The position numbers were made by a program, and so were the translations under genes. A DNA stretch of 64,000 bases, from assembly GCA_018402235.1 (NCBI GenBank), contig JAGYJJ010000004.1:329256-393255 (forward strand), read 5' to 3'. The stretch is from Candidatus Nanopelagicales bacterium (GTDB lineage Bacteria; Actinomycetota; Actinomycetes; S36-B12). Below the pieces are notes generated by a model. The model was not told where the DNA came from and searched no databases. It worked only from the letters and a program-made list of their open reading frames with translations. Below, in pieces: positions 31,706 through 44,301 of this stretch (position 1 is the stretch's first letter; each line of letters begins with the position of its first letter).

Positions 31706-33160
31706 TTACACCGTGAGCGGCCGCGCCGAGGCATGAACAGGTGACGGCAGGTTGGTCGTGCCCATCAAGAAGCGATCGACGCTTGCGGCCGCGGCACGCC
31801 CTTCGGCGATCGCCCACACGATCAATGACTGGCCGCGCCCTGCATCACCAGCAACGAAAACTCCTTCGAGATTCGTGGAGTAATCATCGTGCCGGGCTAT
31901 AGCGCCGAGGCCAGTTATGGGCAAATCGAACTGCTCGACCATCGGACCTTGTTCGGGACCGGTGAACCCCATTGCCAACAAGACGGTGTCGGCTGGAATC
32001 GACCGCTCGCTTTCGGCTACTCGTTCGAACTTTCCATCGACGAACTCGACGTCAACGAGGTGCAGGGCCGTGACGCGACCGGAGGCATCGCCTTCGAACC
32101 TCTCCGTTGAAACAGCGAAAATACGTTCGCCACCCTCTTCATGTGCGCTCGAAACTCGGTACGTCATCGGGAAAGTCGGCCACGGTTGACTCGATGGACG
32201 CTCATCTGTCGGTCGCGGCAGGATTTCCAATTGCGTGACACTCGCCGCGCCCTGCCGGTGCGACGTTCCCAGACAGTCCGCACCCGTGTCCCCGCCACCG
32301 ATGATCACCACATGCTTTCCACCTACATCGAGTGGTGAGCTCTGCAGGTCGCCTTCTTGAACTCTGTTGGCCAACGGCAAGAACTCCATCGCCTGGTAGA
32401 TACCGGCAAGCTCACGTCCTGGGATAGGCAGATCGCGCCCAGCGGTCGAGCCGGTAGCGATCACTATCGCGTCGTAACGGCGCCGAAGGTCGGACACGGT
32501 CATGTCGACACCGATCTCAACGTTCGGACGGAACTTGACGCCCTCGGCCTCCATCTGCTGTAACCGCTGATCGAGATGATGCTTTTCCATTTTGAACTCC
32601 GGGATCCCATAACGAAGAAGCCCACCGATGCGGTCAGCACGTTCGTAGACAGCAACGGTGTGCCCAGCCCGGGCTAATTGCTGAGCAGCAGCCAGACCTG
32701 CAGGCCCGGACCCGATCACAGCCACCGTCTTTCCACTCAACGCCTCCGGAGGCTGCGGGGTGATCCAGCCTGCCTCCCATGCCCGGTCCACGATCGCGAG
32801 TTCGACCTGCTTGATCGTGACCGGCTCAGCATTGATGGCCAACACGCACGCGGCTTCACACGGAGCCGGGCAAAGTCGCCCGGTGAACTCCGGAAAATTG
32901 TTCGTCGCATGGAGACGTTCGATTGCTTGGCCCCAGTCACGGTCATAGATGAGGTCGTTCCACTCAGGGATCAAATTGCCCAATGGGCATCCTTGATGGC
33001 AAAACGGGATCCCACAATCCATGCAGCGACCAGCTTGCTTCTCCAAAGTCCGAGCATCAAAATCCTCATACACTTCACGCCAGTCTTGGATGCGCACATC
33101 CACTGGCCTTCGCGTAGGCAATTCACGATCGGTGGTCAAGAACCCGCGAGGGTCAGCCAT
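31706..33160 (-). CDS. gltD: glutamate synthase small subunit
   Basis: 484 aa, [23 protein letters not shown]...[14 protein letters not shown]. Confidence 0.95.
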   Translation of the reverse strand: MADPRGFLTTDRELPTRRPVDVRIQDWREVYEDFDARTLEKQAGRCMDCGIPFCHQGCPLGNLIPEWNDLIYDRDWGQAIERLHATNNFPEFTGRLCPAPCEAACVLAINAEPVTIKQVELAIVDRAWEAGWITPQPPEALSGKTVAVIGSGPAGLAAAQQLARAGHTVAVYERADRIGGLLRYGIPEFKMEKHHLDQRLQQMEAEGVKFRPNVEIGVDMTVSDLRRRYDAIVIATGSTAGRDLPIPGRELAGIYQAMEFLPLANRVQEGDLQSSPLDVGGKHVVIIGGGDTGADCLGTSHRQGAASVTQLEILPRPTDERPSSQPWPTFPMTYRVSSAHEEGGERIFAVSTERFEGDASGRVTALHLVDVEFVDGKFERVAESERSIPADTVLLAMGFTGPEQGPMVEQFDLPITGLGAIARHDDYSTNLEGVFVAGDAGRGQSLIVWAIAEGRAAAASVDRFLMGTTNLPSPVHASARPLTV

Positions 33161-36100
33161 GAAGTCCCCCCATCACTGCCACCACGGGATCTTCTCCACG
33201 CGCCAAAGCTTCTTCACGCAGCCGCAAGACACGCTTGAAATCCTGCGGAATGACTTTCGTGAATCGAACGGACGCCGAGGACCAGTCGGCCAGGAGAGCA
33301 GCGCCCACAGCGGAATCGGTCTCCTCGACATGTCTGGTGATTAAGGCCTTGAGTTCATCGAGATCGTCGGCATTCACAGGATCAAGATCGACCATCTCGG
33401 GATTGACGCAACTGGCCGGCAGGTCAAGGACATATGCGATACCACCCGACATGCCGGCGCCAAGATTGCGACCCACAGCACCCAAGATCACCGCTGTACC
33501 ACCCGTCATGTACTCCAACGCATGGTCGCCAACACCTTCCACGACCGCGTGAACCCCAGAATTGCGAACGCAAAAGCGCTCCCCCACCTGACCGCGAATA
33601 AAGATTTCACCACTCGTGGCACCGTAGGCAATCACATTTCCCGCGATGATGTTCTCTTCTGCGGTCAACGGGGATTCGCGGTCCGGACGAACCACAATTC
33701 GACCGCCTGACAGGCCTTTCCCGACGTAGTCGTTGGCGTCGCCTTCCAAACGCAAGGTGATACCAGCCGGCACGAAGGCGCCAAAGGACTGTCCAGCCGA
33801 CCCCTGGAAGGTGATGTCGATAGTTTCGTCGGGCAACCCATCCCCTCCGTGGGTTCGGGTCACATGCGACCCGAGCATGGTGCCCACGGTCCGATTTACA
33901 TTGCGTATCGCGACGTGAGCGCGCACCGGCTCCTTACGTTCGATCGCGGGCGCGCAAATCTCAATAAGTTGATTATCCAGCGCACCCTCAAGTCCATGGT
34001 CTTGAGCCACTACCCGCCGACGCGGCTGCGTCTGGGCTACCTCGGGTACGTACAAAATCGGAGCTAGGTCGAGTCCATCAGCTTTCCAGTGGTCGATGGC
34101 ACGCCTCATGTCTAGGAGTTCGGCATGGCCGATCGCCTCATCCATACTGCGGAACCCCAACTGCGCGAGGTACTCGCGAACTTCCTGGGCAATGAACTCA
34201 AAAAAGTTCACCACGAAGTCCGCTGATCCGGCGAACCGCTCCCTGAGCACCGGATTTTGCGTAGCGATACCAACAGGACAGGTATCCAAGTGACACACAC
34301 GCATCATCACACACCCCATAACAACCAAAGGCGCTGTGGCGAAGCCGTATTCCTCAGCACCGAGCAATGCGGCGATCATCACATCGCGACCGGTCTTCAA
34401 CTGGCCGTCCGTCTGAACAACCACCCGGTCACGCAGGCCGTTCAAGAGCAATGTCTGCTGAGTTTCCGCCAGTCCCAACTCCCAGGGCGCGCCAGCGTGC
34501 TTTAAGGAAGTGAGCGGCGAAGCGCCGGTACCACCGTCGTGGCCAGAGATGAGGACGACATCGGCATGGGCTTTCGATACCCCAGCGGCAACAGTTCCCA
34601 CTCCTACCTCGGCCACCAACTTGACGTGAATCCGGGCTAACGGATTCGCATTCTTGAGGTCATGAATCAACTGCGCGAGATCCTCAATCGAGTAGATGTC
34701 GTGATGCGGAGGTGGTGAAATCAACCCAACGCCCGGGGTCGAGTGTCGTGTTTTCGCGATCCATGGATAAACCTTGTGGCCCGGCAACTGACCACCCTCA
34801 CCCGGCTTCGCGCCCTGGGCCATCTTGATCTGAATATCGTCGCTGTTGACCAGATACTCACTGGTAACGCCGAAACGACCCGACGCGACCTGTTTGATTG
34901 CCGAACGTTTGGAGTCGCCATTCTCCAAAGGCACGAACCTTTCTGGATCCTCGCCACCTTCACCGGTATTCGACTTGGCACCGAGCCTGTTCATCGCGAT
35001 GGCGAGCGTTTCATGGGCTTCCGCCGAAATCGAGCCATACGACATAGCGCCGGTTGAGAAACGAGTGACAATCGATTCGATCGATTCGACTTCGTCGATC
35101 GGCACCGGCTCGCGTGCGCCCTCCTTGAATCCAAAGAGCCCACGCAGAGTCATCAGGCGCTCGGATTGGTGATTCACTCCAGCGGTGTACTCGCGAAAAA
35201 TGTCGTAGCGCTTGCTTCGAGTTGCGTGCTGCAAACGAAAAACCGTCTCTGGATCGAAGAGGTGCGGCTCACCGTCTCTGCGCCACTGGTACTCCCCACC
35301 GTCAGCAAGAACTCGATGTGCGGGTGAGATTCCCGAAGGCGGGTAGGCAATGGCATGCCTGCGCTCCACCTCTTGTGCGACAACCTCGATGCCCATGCCA
35401 CCGAGTTTCGTGACCGTTCCTGTGAAATAGGCGTCAACGAGCTCTTGGGACAATCCAATTGCTTCAAATATTTGCGCGCCTCGATAAGAAGCGACAGTTG
35501 AGACGCCCATCTTCGACATAACCTTCAACAGGCCCTTGCCCAGGGCCTTGATGTAGTTTCGCACCGCCTTCTCGGGGGAAACACCCTGGACGATATTGCG
35601 AGCTACGAGGTCTTCCACTGTCTCCAACGCCAGATACGGGTTGATGGCTGCAGCTCCGTACCCGACGAGCAAGGCAACGTGGTGCACCTCGCGGACGTCT
35701 CCACCTTCCACGAGCAAGCTGATCTGACTACGCGTCTTGGTCCGGACGAGGTGATGGTGCACAGCAGCACACAGCAACAGCGAGGGAATGGGCGCTAATT
35801 GTGCATTGCTGTCGCGGTCGGACAGAACGATGAAGCGCTTGCCTTGTCTAATCAACGCATCGACTTCGTTGAAGATCTCCACGAGACGCTTCTCGAGAGA
35901 CGCTCCTCCGCCTGCCACCGGGTACAAGCCTTTCACGCGACTCGCGGCAAACTCCGGGAGCGTGCCATCTGCATTGATGTGAAGGATTTTGGCGAGTTCA
36001 TCGTTATCAATCACTGGGAACGGCAAAACCACCTGCCGACAGTGACCAGGTTGTGACTCCAGCAAGTTGCCTTCTGGCCCTATCAGGCTGGACAAGGAGG

Positions 36101-37691
36101 TGACAATTTCCTCGCGTATCGCATCAAGTGGTGGATTCGTAACCTGTGCGAAAAGTTGACTGAAATAGTCAAATAGGAGACGTGGCTTGTTGGACAAGGC
36201 CGCAATTGGGGTGTCGGTACCCATGGAACCAATCGGCTCTGCACCGCTTCGCGCCATCGGCTCCATAATGATCCGCAATTCTTCTTGCGTGTATCCGAAA
36301 GTTTGCTGACGTCGAGCAACCGATTCATGCGTGTGCACAACGTGCTCACGTTCGGGCAACTCCTCAAGATGAATGAGCCCGCTATCGAGCCATTCCCCGT
36401 ATGGCTGTTCACGGGCGAGTTCGGCTTTGATCTCGTCATCTTCGATGATGCGGCCCTCGGCAGTATCCACGAGGAACATGCGCCCTGGTTGGAGTCGTCC
36501 CTTGCGGATCACTTTCGCCTGGTCGATGTCCAACACTCCAGCTTCGGACGCCAACACGACGAGACCATCATCTGTGACCCAGAAACGTCCTGGACGAAGA
36601 CCATTGCGGTCCAACACAGCACCTATTTGAGTGCCATCTGTGAAACAAACGTTTGCCGGACCATCCCATGGTTCCATCAAAGTCGCGTAGAACTCATAGA
36701 AGGCGCGGCGCTGCGGATCCATATCTGGGTTGTTTTCCCACGCTTCGGGAATCATCATCAATACGGCTTGCGGCAATGATCGGCCGCCAAGATGCAGCAA
36801 CTCCAACACCTCATCGAAGCTTGCCGAGTCACTGGCACTAGGTGTGCAGATCGGGAACAAGCGCGTCATGTCTCCAGGGATGTCATCGCTTGTGAGCATG
36901 GCTTCCCGCGTGGTCATCCAGTTCCGGTTGCCTTGAACCGTGTTTATCTCTCCGTTATGCGCTATCAAGCGATACGGGTGCGCTAATGGCCAAGACGGAA
37001 ACGTGTTGGTGGAAAAACGTGAGTGAACCATCGCGAGGGTCGAAGCGATGTCGGGTTCATTTAGATCCGAATAGAAAGGCGCTAGCTGACCTGTTGTGAG
37101 CATCCCCTTATAGACCATGGTCCGCGAAGACAGCGAGGCGAAGTAGATGCCAATTTCGTGTTCGATCCGCTTACGGACCCCATAGATCAGGCGATCAAGG
37201 TCCAACCCGGATGCTTCACCTGCGGCATCGGCCAGGAAAATCTGCCAGAAGGCCGGCATGCACGATCGTGCCGTGGCTCCCACGAGCGTGGGGTCGGTCG
37301 GCACTTCGCGCCATCCGAGGACAACAACACCTTCGTCGTCGGCGATAGCACTGATCGACCGCATAGCTTCAGCTCGCTCATGTAAATCAACCGGCAAGAA
37401 ACCAATTCCCGTCGCGTAGTAGCCAGGAATAGGAAGATCCACATCCGCCACCCGGCGCAAGAGTGCGTCTGGAACTTGAAGAAGGATTCCAGCGCCGTCG
37501 CCGCTGTCCGGCTCGCTGCCAGAGGCTCCACGATGCTCGAGGTTCACCAACGCGGTCAAGGCGTGTTGGACGACCTCGCGACTAGGCATCCCAGTCAACG
37601 TTGCTACGAACGCCACGCCACAGGCATCTTTCTCGTGGCGTGGGTCGTACAGGCCCTGAGATGGCGGGCTGGTCGAGTAGCGATGGAACAC
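33153..37691 (-). CDS. gltB: glutamate synthase large subunit
   Basis: 1512 aa. Ntn-amidotransferase start ...[12 protein letters not shown], followed by FMN and GXGXG domains. Intact. GTG start. Confidence 0.98.
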   Translation of the reverse strand: MFHRYSTSPPSQGLYDPRHEKDACGVAFVATLTGMPSREVVQHALTALVNLEHRGASGSEPDSGDGAGILLQVPDALLRRVADVDLPIPGYYATGIGFLPVDLHERAEAMRSISAIADDEGVVVLGWREVPTDPTLVGATARSCMPAFWQIFLADAAGEASGLDLDRLIYGVRKRIEHEIGIYFASLSSRTMVYKGMLTTGQLAPFYSDLNEPDIASTLAMVHSRFSTNTFPSWPLAHPYRLIAHNGEINTVQGNRNWMTTREAMLTSDDIPGDMTRLFPICTPSASDSASFDEVLELLHLGGRSLPQAVLMMIPEAWENNPDMDPQRRAFYEFYATLMEPWDGPANVCFTDGTQIGAVLDRNGLRPGRFWVTDDGLVVLASEAGVLDIDQAKVIRKGRLQPGRMFLVDTAEGRIIEDDEIKAELAREQPYGEWLDSGLIHLEELPEREHVVHTHESVARRQQTFGYTQEELRIIMEPMARSGAEPIGSMGTDTPIAALSNKPRLLFDYFSQLFAQVTNPPLDAIREEIVTSLSSLIGPEGNLLESQPGHCRQVVLPFPVIDNDELAKILHINADGTLPEFAASRVKGLYPVAGGGASLEKRLVEIFNEVDALIRQGKRFIVLSDRDSNAQLAPIPSLLLCAAVHHHLVRTKTRSQISLLVEGGDVREVHHVALLVGYGAAAINPYLALETVEDLVARNIVQGVSPEKAVRNYIKALGKGLLKVMSKMGVSTVASYRGAQIFEAIGLSQELVDAYFTGTVTKLGGMGIEVVAQEVERRHAIAYPPSGISPAHRVLADGGEYQWRRDGEPHLFDPETVFRLQHATRSKRYDIFREYTAGVNHQSERLMTLRGLFGFKEGAREPVPIDEVESIESIVTRFSTGAMSYGSISAEAHETLAIAMNRLGAKSNTGEGGEDPERFVPLENGDSKRSAIKQVASGRFGVTSEYLVNSDDIQIKMAQGAKPGEGGQLPGHKVYPWIAKTRHSTPGVGLISPPPHHDIYSIEDLAQLIHDLKNANPLARIHVKLVAEVGVGTVAAGVSKAHADVVLISGHDGGTGASPLTSLKHAGAPWELGLAETQQTLLLNGLRDRVVVQTDGQLKTGRDVMIAALLGAEEYGFATAPLVVMGCVMMRVCHLDTCPVGIATQNPVLRERFAGSADFVVNFFEFIAQEVREYLAQLGFRSMDEAIGHAELLDMRRAIDHWKADGLDLAPILYVPEVAQTQPRRRVVAQDHGLEGALDNQLIEICAPAIERKEPVRAHVAIRNVNRTVGTMLGSHVTRTHGGDGLPDETIDITFQGSAGQSFGAFVPAGITLRLEGDANDYVGKGLSGGRIVVRPDRESPLTAEENIIAGNVIAYGATSGEIFIRGQVGERFCVRNSGVHAVVEGVGDHALEYMTGGTAVILGAVGRNLGAGMSGGIAYVLDLPASCVNPEMVDLDPVNADDLDELKALITRHVEETDSAVGAALLADWSSASVRFTKVIPQDFKRVLRLREEALARGEDPVVAVMGGLHG

Positions 37692-37757
37692 TGCTTGCCT
37701 TTCGTCGTCCTAGCAGACTGCGCGCACCCGAGAGGCGTACTCCGGGCACTTGCGGGT

Positions 37758-37779
37758 CACGGGACGACGTTGGCCCGTG
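37758..37779 (-). terminator. stem-loop 12 nt after lgt stop (possible terminator, upstream of gltB)
   Basis: CACGGG-n10-CCCGTG gives a perfect 6-bp stem. There is no U-tract, so the role is inferred only from position. Confidence 0.3.
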
Positions 37780-37790
37780 GAAAACAGAGT

Positions 37791-38654
37791 TTAGTCGGGT
37801 CCGGCGGCGCGCGCTTCCGAGGCCTCGCCCGAAGGCTGCTCGAGCACCTCACGACCCGGTCGGGTGCGGGCGGACCAAATCAAGTAGACCAATGCTCCCA
37901 GTCCCACGATGATCGAAGTCCACACATTCAATCGAACACCGGCCACGCTATTGACCGGATCTATGCGTAGCGCCTCGATCCACACGCGTCCGGCCGTGTA
38001 CAAAAGAACGTACAAGGCGAAAGCTCGGCCATGCCCCAAAGTGAAGCGCCGATCAGCCCAGATGACCACCACGGCGACGCCGACCAACCACAAGGACTCG
38101 TACAGGAACGTGGGGTGGAAGGTCTCGAACTCCTCATAACCGGCTGGGCGGCGCGCAGGAGAGATCTCCAGACCCCAGGGAAGGTCCGTGGGACGCCCGA
38201 AGAGTTCTTGATTGAACCAGTTGCCCCAACGGCCGATGGCTTGCGCAAGGGCAATACCCGGTGCGATCGCATCGGCGATGGGAGGTAGCGCAACATGGTG
38301 ACGTCGTGCGGCGATCCAGGCACCAAGTGCGCCGAAGGCAACCGCGCCCCAGATCCCTAAGCCGCCATCCCAGATCCGAAGAGCGGCAGCGAAGCCACGG
38401 CCATCTGGACCGAAGTAGATCTGCCAGTCGGACAGGACGTGGTAGATGCGGCCTCCGACAATCCCGAAGGGAACGGCCCACAGGGCGATATCGGTGATGA
38501 GACCGGGCTTACCGCCGCGGGCTACGTACCGGCGATTACCCAGCCACACGGCAACGACGATGCCCAGGATGATCGCCAACGCGTACCCGCGCAGTGGAAT
38601 GGGCCCCAGGTTCAAGGACCCCTGCTCGGGGCTTGGAATACTGGCGAACAGCAT
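37791..38654 (-). CDS. lgt: prolipoprotein diacylglyceryl transferase
   Basis: 287 aa, IPLRGYALAIILGIVVAVWLG...GGRIYHV...IGRWGNWFNQELFG. Confidence 0.93.
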   Translation of the reverse strand: MLFASIPSPEQGSLNLGPIPLRGYALAIILGIVVAVWLGNRRYVARGGKPGLITDIALWAVPFGIVGGRIYHVLSDWQIYFGPDGRGFAAALRIWDGGLGIWGAVAFGALGAWIAARRHHVALPPIADAIAPGIALAQAIGRWGNWFNQELFGRPTDLPWGLEISPARRPAGYEEFETFHPTFLYESLWLVGVAVVVIWADRRFTLGHGRAFALYVLLYTAGRVWIEALRIDPVNSVAGVRLNVWTSIIVGLGALVYLIWSARTRPGREVLEQPSGEASEARAAGPD

Positions 38655-38657
38655 GCG

Positions 38658-39459
38658 TCAGTTGCCCGCTGCCGCAGTAAGCGCCGCGAGAAGGGCGGCG
38701 TTATCGGCGAGCGTCGCGTTGTCGATCTCCACTCCATCGATACGCCCGTACGGGGTACCCGGAATGTCTTCGTCGTAGAAAGCCTGGGTCGCGTTCGCTG
38801 CCCAAACTCGATACGTGCCATCGTTCACGCATTGGGTGAATTCCTCGAGTTGCTCCGTATTCATACCGATTTGCTCAGCAATCGAGACGAAGTCGCTATT
38901 TGGCCAACCCGTCACCCTCGATCTGGGGTTGATTCGAGTAGACAGCATCGTGGAATTCCCGGGTGAAACCCTGGTCCATCGCACAGCCCCAGGCGCCGAT
39001 GGCCCGGTTGGAGGCGTCGTTACCGAGGTTTCGGTCCAAGAACCCCGTTGGCCGATAAATCAACCGCGCCACTCCAGTCTCGGCGAGTTCAGCGATGCCG
39101 GCGCCGTTGGCCTCTTCGAGGGCTGCGCAGGCCGGGCACTGGAAGTCTTCCCACACCTCGAGCACAGGTACGTTCGCACCCCCGGTTCCGTAGGGCACTC
39201 CAAACGCCCACTCACTATCCGCGCCCAGGGCGCCAGCCGGCACGGGAGCACTGGGATCGGGGTCGATGACCTCGACACCTGTGATGCTGCCCTCAGTGTT
39301 GCGGGCATACAGAGCAACGCCGATGATGCCGGCGACGACGGCCACGACCGCGAGGCCGCCGATGATGCGCACCGTGCGCTCCCGCCGCTTCTCCCCTGCT
39401 TGGGCTGCCTCACGTGCTGCAGCAGCACGCTCGCGCCTGTCCTTACTTCCGGCTGCCAT
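38658..39459 (-). pseudogene. membrane-anchored DsbA/thioredoxin-family protein, frameshifted near 38906
   Basis: The upstream ORF (TM anchor, VWEDFQCPACAALEE) ends ...YSNQPQIEGDGLAK*. ORF 38658..38984 resumes at GWPNSDFVSIAEQIGMNTEQLEEFTQCVNDGTY. Removing one T from gggTTgg restores EGDGWPNSDF. Start at ATG 39459 is assumed. Confidence 0.75.
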
Positions 39460-39563
39460 GTTCTCTGCTCTCTCTTCGAACCCAAGCGGGACCATTCACC
39501 AAAGTCGCCCCAGACTAATTGAGAGCCCGCCGTGGCAGCCAAGGTGGGAGGTACCGGGCGTGC

Positions 39564-40370
39564 CTAGGCACGAGTCCTTACCCCCACCGCCAGTTCGGCT
39601 GCAAACTCTCGGACGGACTCCTTGGCCGCGTCGACATTCGGAGCATCGAGGATGCGGCGGACGAAGGCGGATCCCACGATCACGCCGTCGGCGTACCTTG
39701 CAATATCCGCGGCTTGTTGCGCACTCGACACACCAAGGCCCACCCCAATGGGAGCATCGGAGAGAGCACGCACACGTTCAACGAGGACTGGGGCCGCAGA
39801 GCTCACCTGTGTGCGTGCGCCCGTAACGCCCATAGTCGACGCAGCGTAAATGAAACCTGTACACGCACGAGTGACCCGATCGATTCGAGCGTCAGTCGAG
39901 GACGGCGCAACAAGGAACGTCCGATCCACACCCACCGCGTTCGTTGCGTCGATCCAATCTGTGGCTTCTTCGGGAATGAGGTCTGGAGTGATGACTCCGC
40001 TGCCTCCAGCGGTTCGCAAATCCTCGGCGAATCGTCGTTGGCCGTATCTTTCGATCGGGTTCCAATAACTCATAACCACGACCGCCTGAGACTCACTTGG
40101 TTCAGCCTCGTGCACTACGCGCAAAACATCGGACGTGGTGACGCCAGCCGCGAGGGCCGTCTCGACGGCCTGTTGAATCGCTGGTCCATCCATCAGTGGA
40201 TCCGAATATGGCAGTCCGACTTCCACAAGATCGACACCACCTTCAAGCATGCTGCGGATCAACTCAATGCTGTGATCGATGGTGGGAAAGCCAGCCGGCA
40301 AATAGCCAATCAAAACAGCGCGACCTTCGTCGCGAGCCCGGGCGAAGACAGTCGACGTACAGGGATTCAT
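39564..40370 (-). CDS. trpA: tryptophan synthase alpha chain
   Basis: 268 aa, LIGYLPAGFPT...VDLVEVGLPYSDPLMDGPAIQ. Confidence 0.95.
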   Translation of the reverse strand: MNPCTSTVFARARDEGRAVLIGYLPAGFPTIDHSIELIRSMLEGGVDLVEVGLPYSDPLMDGPAIQQAVETALAAGVTTSDVLRVVHEAEPSESQAVVVMSYWNPIERYGQRRFAEDLRTAGGSGVITPDLIPEEATDWIDATNAVGVDRTFLVAPSSTDARIDRVTRACTGFIYAASTMGVTGARTQVSSAAPVLVERVRALSDAPIGVGLGVSSAQQAADIARYADGVIVGSAFVRRILDAPNVDAAKESVREFAAELAVGVRTRA

Positions 40371-40392
40371 GGTTGCTTTAGATCCGCAGCTA

Positions 40393-41592
40393 CTACTCGC
40401 CGGTGTCCATACCGAACCAGCGGGCTGCCGTCACCACATCTTTGTCGCCTCGACCCGACAGATTCACCACGATCACGGCATCGGGTCCGAGTTCACTCCC
40501 TAGTCGCATGGTTCCGGCGAGTGCGTGCGCGGTCTCAATCGCGGGAATGATGCCTTCGGTTCGACTCATGAGTGCGAATGCTTCCATGGCCTGGGCGTCG
40601 GTGACCGGCTCGTAAACGGCTCGACCCGTGTCGTGCAACCACGCATGCTCGGGGCCCACTCCCGGATAATCAAGACCAGCACTAATGGAATGCGATGGAA
40701 CCGTCTGCCCCCACTCGTCTTGCATGACGTAAGTACGCGCGCCGTGCAACACACCCGGAACACCCATGGCGAACCTCGCCGCGTGCCTTCCCGTCTCCAC
40801 TCCTTCGCCGCCAGCTTCATAACCCATGAGCGCTACTTGCGGGTCGTCAATGAAACCGGAGAACAATCCCATGGCGTTCGATCCACCACCCACGCACGCG
40901 ACCACTGCGTCCGGAAGCCGGCCTTCCACCTGCAGGATCTGCGCACGGGATTCAGTTCCAATCACGCTGTGGAAGTGCCGCACCATGCGTGGAAAGGGCG
41001 ACGGGCCGGTGACAGTTCCCAGCAGATAGTGGGTGTGATCAACATTCGTGACCCAATCGCGCATCGCTTCGTTGATCGCGTCCTTGAGCGTTTGACTACC
41101 GCTTTCGACAGGCACAACCGTTGCGCCCAGCAGCTCCATCCGAGCAACATTGAGGGCTTGACGCCTGGTGTCCTCAAGCCCCATGTAGACGACGCATTCA
41201 AGACCCATAAGTGCAGCGGCTGTAGCGGATGCAACGCCGTGCTGACCAGCGCCCGTCTCAGCGATGATTCGCGACTTGCCCATGCGCTTGGTCAGCAACG
41301 CCTGGCCGAGGACGTTGTTGATTTTGTGCGAGCCGGTGTGATTCAGATCCTCACGCTTGAGGTACACACGCGCACCTCCGCAGTGCTCTTCGAAACGGCG
41401 AGCGCGGGTGAGCGGGGAAGGGCGACCGGTGTAGTCACGTTCGAGTTCGGCCAATTCGCGGGCGAACAACGGATCGGTGAGCGCTGCGTCGAACGCCGCC
41501 TCCAATTCGTCCAGGGCAGCCATCAAAGCCTCCGGGACGAAACGGCCGCCGTAGGGACCGAAGTGGCCGGTAGATTCTTCAATAGCGGTCAT
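40393..41592 (-). CDS. trpB: tryptophan synthase beta chain
   Basis: [23 protein letters not shown]...[16 protein letters not shown]. The ATG overlaps the trpC stop (ATGA). The longest ORF (to 41778) overlaps trpC. Confidence 0.96.
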   Translation of the reverse strand: MTAIEESTGHFGPYGGRFVPEALMAALDELEAAFDAALTDPLFARELAELERDYTGRPSPLTRARRFEEHCGGARVYLKREDLNHTGSHKINNVLGQALLTKRMGKSRIIAETGAGQHGVASATAAALMGLECVVYMGLEDTRRQALNVARMELLGATVVPVESGSQTLKDAINEAMRDWVTNVDHTHYLLGTVTGPSPFPRMVRHFHSVIGTESRAQILQVEGRLPDAVVACVGGGSNAMGLFSGFIDDPQVALMGYEAGGEGVETGRHAARFAMGVPGVLHGARTYVMQDEWGQTVPSHSISAGLDYPGVGPEHAWLHDTGRAVYEPVTDAQAMEAFALMSRTEGIIPAIETAHALAGTMRLGSELGPDAVIVVNLSGRGDKDVVTAARWFGMDTGE

Positions 41593-42407
41593 GGCGTTGT
41601 CCTTCGCATTTGACGCAGCGCCGGATGAGCCCCGGCGGTGACGAGATCGTGCACAGCAGCTCGGGGATCCTTGCCGGTCACCAAACTCTCGCCCACCAGG
41701 ACGGCATCGGCGCCGGCTTCGGCGTAGGCGATGAGATCGTGCGGCTCGCGGACACCGGATTCCGCGATCTTGGTGCACGAATCCGGTATCAGGTGTGCAA
41801 CTCTCGGAAAGACCGTGCGATCAATTTCCAAGGTCTTCAAATTCCGAGCGTTTACGCCAATGACATCGGCCCCGGCGTCTAGTGCTCGAAGCACCTCGGT
41901 TTCATCGTGTACTTCAACGAGTGGCGTCAGACCGAGGCTGCGTGCTCGCTCGACGAGTGAGACGAGCGCATCTTGCTCAAGCGCAGCAACGATGAGCAGA
42001 ACGAGGTCGGCACCATATGCCCGCGCTTCCCACAGTTGGTAACTGCCAACGATGAAGTCCTTGCGCAAAATGGGGATGTCGACTGCAGCCCGAACCGCGG
42101 CTAGATCATCAAGACTCCCCCCGAAACGCCGTTCCTCTGTGAGGACACTGATGCAGTGGGCACCACCTGCCTCGTAGTCACGTGCCAAGGCTGCTGGATC
42201 AGAGATGTCCGCTATCGGTCCGCGACTCGGACTTTCGCGCTTGACCTCGGCGATCACACAGATATGTTCACCGCGAAGCAAGAACCGTGGATCACGGGCA
42301 CACGGGACCTTCGCTGACCGTTCCTTCAATTCGTCCAACGACACAATGCTCATGCGGCGAGCAACGTCCTCACGGACTCCCGCGACGATGTCCTCCAGCA
42401 CGTTCAC
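41589..42407 (-). CDS. trpC: indole-3-glycerol phosphate synthase
   Basis: 272 aa, [13 protein letters not shown]...[13 protein letters not shown]...ILRKDFI. Confidence 0.95.
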   Translation of the reverse strand: MNVLEDIVAGVREDVARRMSIVSLDELKERSAKVPCARDPRFLLRGEHICVIAEVKRESPSRGPIADISDPAALARDYEAGGAHCISVLTEERRFGGSLDDLAAVRAAVDIPILRKDFIVGSYQLWEARAYGADLVLLIVAALEQDALVSLVERARSLGLTPLVEVHDETEVLRALDAGADVIGVNARNLKTLEIDRTVFPRVAHLIPDSCTKIAESGVREPHDLIAYAEAGADAVLVGESLVTGKDPRAAVHDLVTAGAHPALRQMRRTTP

Positions 42408-42449
42408 GGGCCCACAGTACGCCGGTATCAGCGCCCAGCAATCGGGGCT

Positions 42450-42902
42450 CTATCCCGGGCCCGACCCCAGGAACGGAACGAAGTTGCGAACCACCCCGAA
42501 AGCCAGCAGACCAATCAGCACCCACACCCACATTCGGGTCTGCCGAGTTTGGCGCGCAATATCGATGGGTGGCTTGCGCCCAGTCCAGGAGCGATACGCC
42601 CAAACTGCGAATGCGACGATCGCGAGCGGGATGGCAACCACAAGCAGGATGTTGTCGTCCACCATTCCGCCCACATCGCCATGAAGGAGGTCGTAGGTTC
42701 CGCGCATGCCTCCGCATCCGGGGCAGTCGATTCCCAGCAGGAACTGACTCGGACAGCCCGGGTAGTGACCGGGAACGTTCGGATCGACGGCTCGAAGATA
42801 GAGCGATCCAACGATCGCGGCCACGCCCGTGGCTAGGACAGGAGCCATCCGACGTCTGCGCGAGCGTTGGTCGATCGCCACCTGCGTTTGCGCTCGCTCT
42901 TG
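42450..42902 (-). CDS. DUF2752 domain-containing membrane protein
   Basis: CPSQFLLGIDCPGCGGMRG motif plus TM helices. Start uncertain (GTG 42902 or ATG 42848). The longest ORF overlaps the kinase gene. Confidence 0.62.
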   Translation of the reverse strand, partial: QERAQTQVAIDQRSRRRRMAPVLATGVAAIVGSLYLRAVDPNVPGHYPGCPSQFLLGIDCPGCGGMRGTYDLLHGDVGGMVDDNILLVVAIPLAIVAFAVWAYRSWTGRKPPIDIARQTRQTRMWVWVLIGLLAFGVVRNFVPFLGSGPG

Positions 42903-42915
42903 CACGATGTCCAGC

Positions 42916-44301
42916 CTACGTCGCGGCCAGCGGCAAACGGACCCAAAAGGACGTGCCGTCACCGGGGGAACTGGTGACGGTGGCTGAACCGCCCATAGCG
43001 GTCGCCAACCGGGAGACCAGCGCTAAGCCCAGCCCGGTGCCGACCGGCCGAACTCCCCGATACCTCTCGTGCAACGCTCCCGGATTGAAGGCGACCTCTA
43101 AGTCCTCTGGTGTCAGGCCAGGTCCGCTATCGCGAACCTCAATCGCAATGAACGGACCACCTGCTATGTGCGGATCCCGATGAATCGTCACCGATATCGA
43201 TGAATCCCGAGGTGATATTCGAAGTGCATTTTCCATGAGGTTGTCGAGGATCTGGCGAACACGCATTGCGTCGGCTCGCGCGAATACGGGCGCTCCTGTG
43301 CCGTTCGTTGAAAAGCGAACTCCTTCGCGAGCACACCTGTCCGTCCATACTCGTGCCGCTTCATCGACCACCTCGCTGACATCGATGTCGGTCGTTGTGA
43401 TGTGGAAGTCGACCGCCCCCATCCGAGCAAGATCAAGCAGATCGTTCACGAGGCGGTTCAAACGCGTGGCCTCGGACACGATCGTCTCTCCCACCGTGGG
43501 GATTTCGGCGGTGGGCAGCACTTCATCGGCGAGCGCCTCCCCGTAACCCTTGACCGCGGTCAGCGGAGTGCGCAACTCATGTGAAACCGACAGCAAAAAA
43601 TCACGCTGTCGGTCTTCCGAGGTGACCAGCGCCGCATTCAGAGCATTGAGTGCCTCCGCGATGTCGGCCACCTCTAAGGGGCCTTGAACCGGCAACTCTT
43701 CGTCGCGGGAGCCCGTAGCCATTCGGTGTGCGGCTTGCTGGGCAGCACGCAAGGGCCTGGAAAGTCGACGAGCCACCACGTAAGCGATTCCAACCGCGAT
43801 GATCAAACCGAGGATCAAAGCGCCGACGATGCGAATGACGAACACACCCGTTACCGCGTTTACGGCGGTAAGTGGCTGAGTCAAAAATAGCGAGCCCCCT
43901 TCAATGGGACGCCCCTCAATCAACACCGTCAACCCGCTCGGCGCTTCCACCCGCGCGGAAACCGACTCCCCCTCTTCCGCTGCGGCTATAAGACTGGGAG
44001 GAACATCCGACGGAGCATCCGCTCCGCGCTCGATCACAAAACCAGAGATCTGCTCACGACCTAGTACCCGAGCTAGGGGTCGGGGCAAGATTCCCTCGCG
44101 CCTTTGCACGGGCCTGTCCGCATATGCAGCCGTGACATCAGCCAAACTCGCTAATTTTCCCTGCGCTTGCCCCTCTGCTGCAGCACGCACGAAGGGGAAT
44201 GAAGCCAAACCCGCGACCAACACGGCGAGGGTTGCAATGGTGCTCACCAGCACCGTCGTTTGGGTAACGATGCCCCAGCGTGGCCTGCGCCTACCTGTCA
44301 C
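42916..44301 (-). CDS. sensor histidine kinase (2 TM, HAMP, HisKA, HATPase)
   Basis: 461 aa. H-box SHELRTPLTAVKGY, N-box ILDNLMENALR, G-boxes DSGPGL and GTGLGLA. The GTG overlaps the regulator stop (GTGA). Confidence 0.9.
   Translation of the reverse strand: MTGRRRPRWGIVTQTTVLVSTIATLAVLVAGLASFPFVRAAAEGQAQGKLASLADVTAAYADRPVQRREGILPRPLARVLGREQISGFVIERGADAPSDVPPSLIAAAEEGESVSARVEAPSGLTVLIEGRPIEGGSLFLTQPLTAVNAVTGVFVIRIVGALILGLIIAVGIAYVVARRLSRPLRAAQQAAHRMATGSRDEELPVQGPLEVADIAEALNALNAALVTSEDRQRDFLLSVSHELRTPLTAVKGYGEALADEVLPTAEIPTVGETIVSEATRLNRLVNDLLDLARMGAVDFHITTTDIDVSEVVDEAARVWTDRCAREGVRFSTNGTGAPVFARADAMRVRQILDNLMENALRISPRDSSISVTIHRDPHIAGGPFIAIEVRDSGPGLTPEDLEVAFNPGALHERYRGVRPVGTGLGLALVSRLATAMGGSATVTSSPGDGTSFWVRLPLAAT

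Noticed and set aside
37692-37790. A nitrogen-regulator (GlnR-type) box upstream of gltB, in the sequence GTCAC-n6-ACGTT...GGAAAAC.
   Set aside because: It matches only one half-site of the gTnAc-n6-GaAAc pattern. The same bases form the lgt-distal hairpin, so there is too little evidence to call a binding site.
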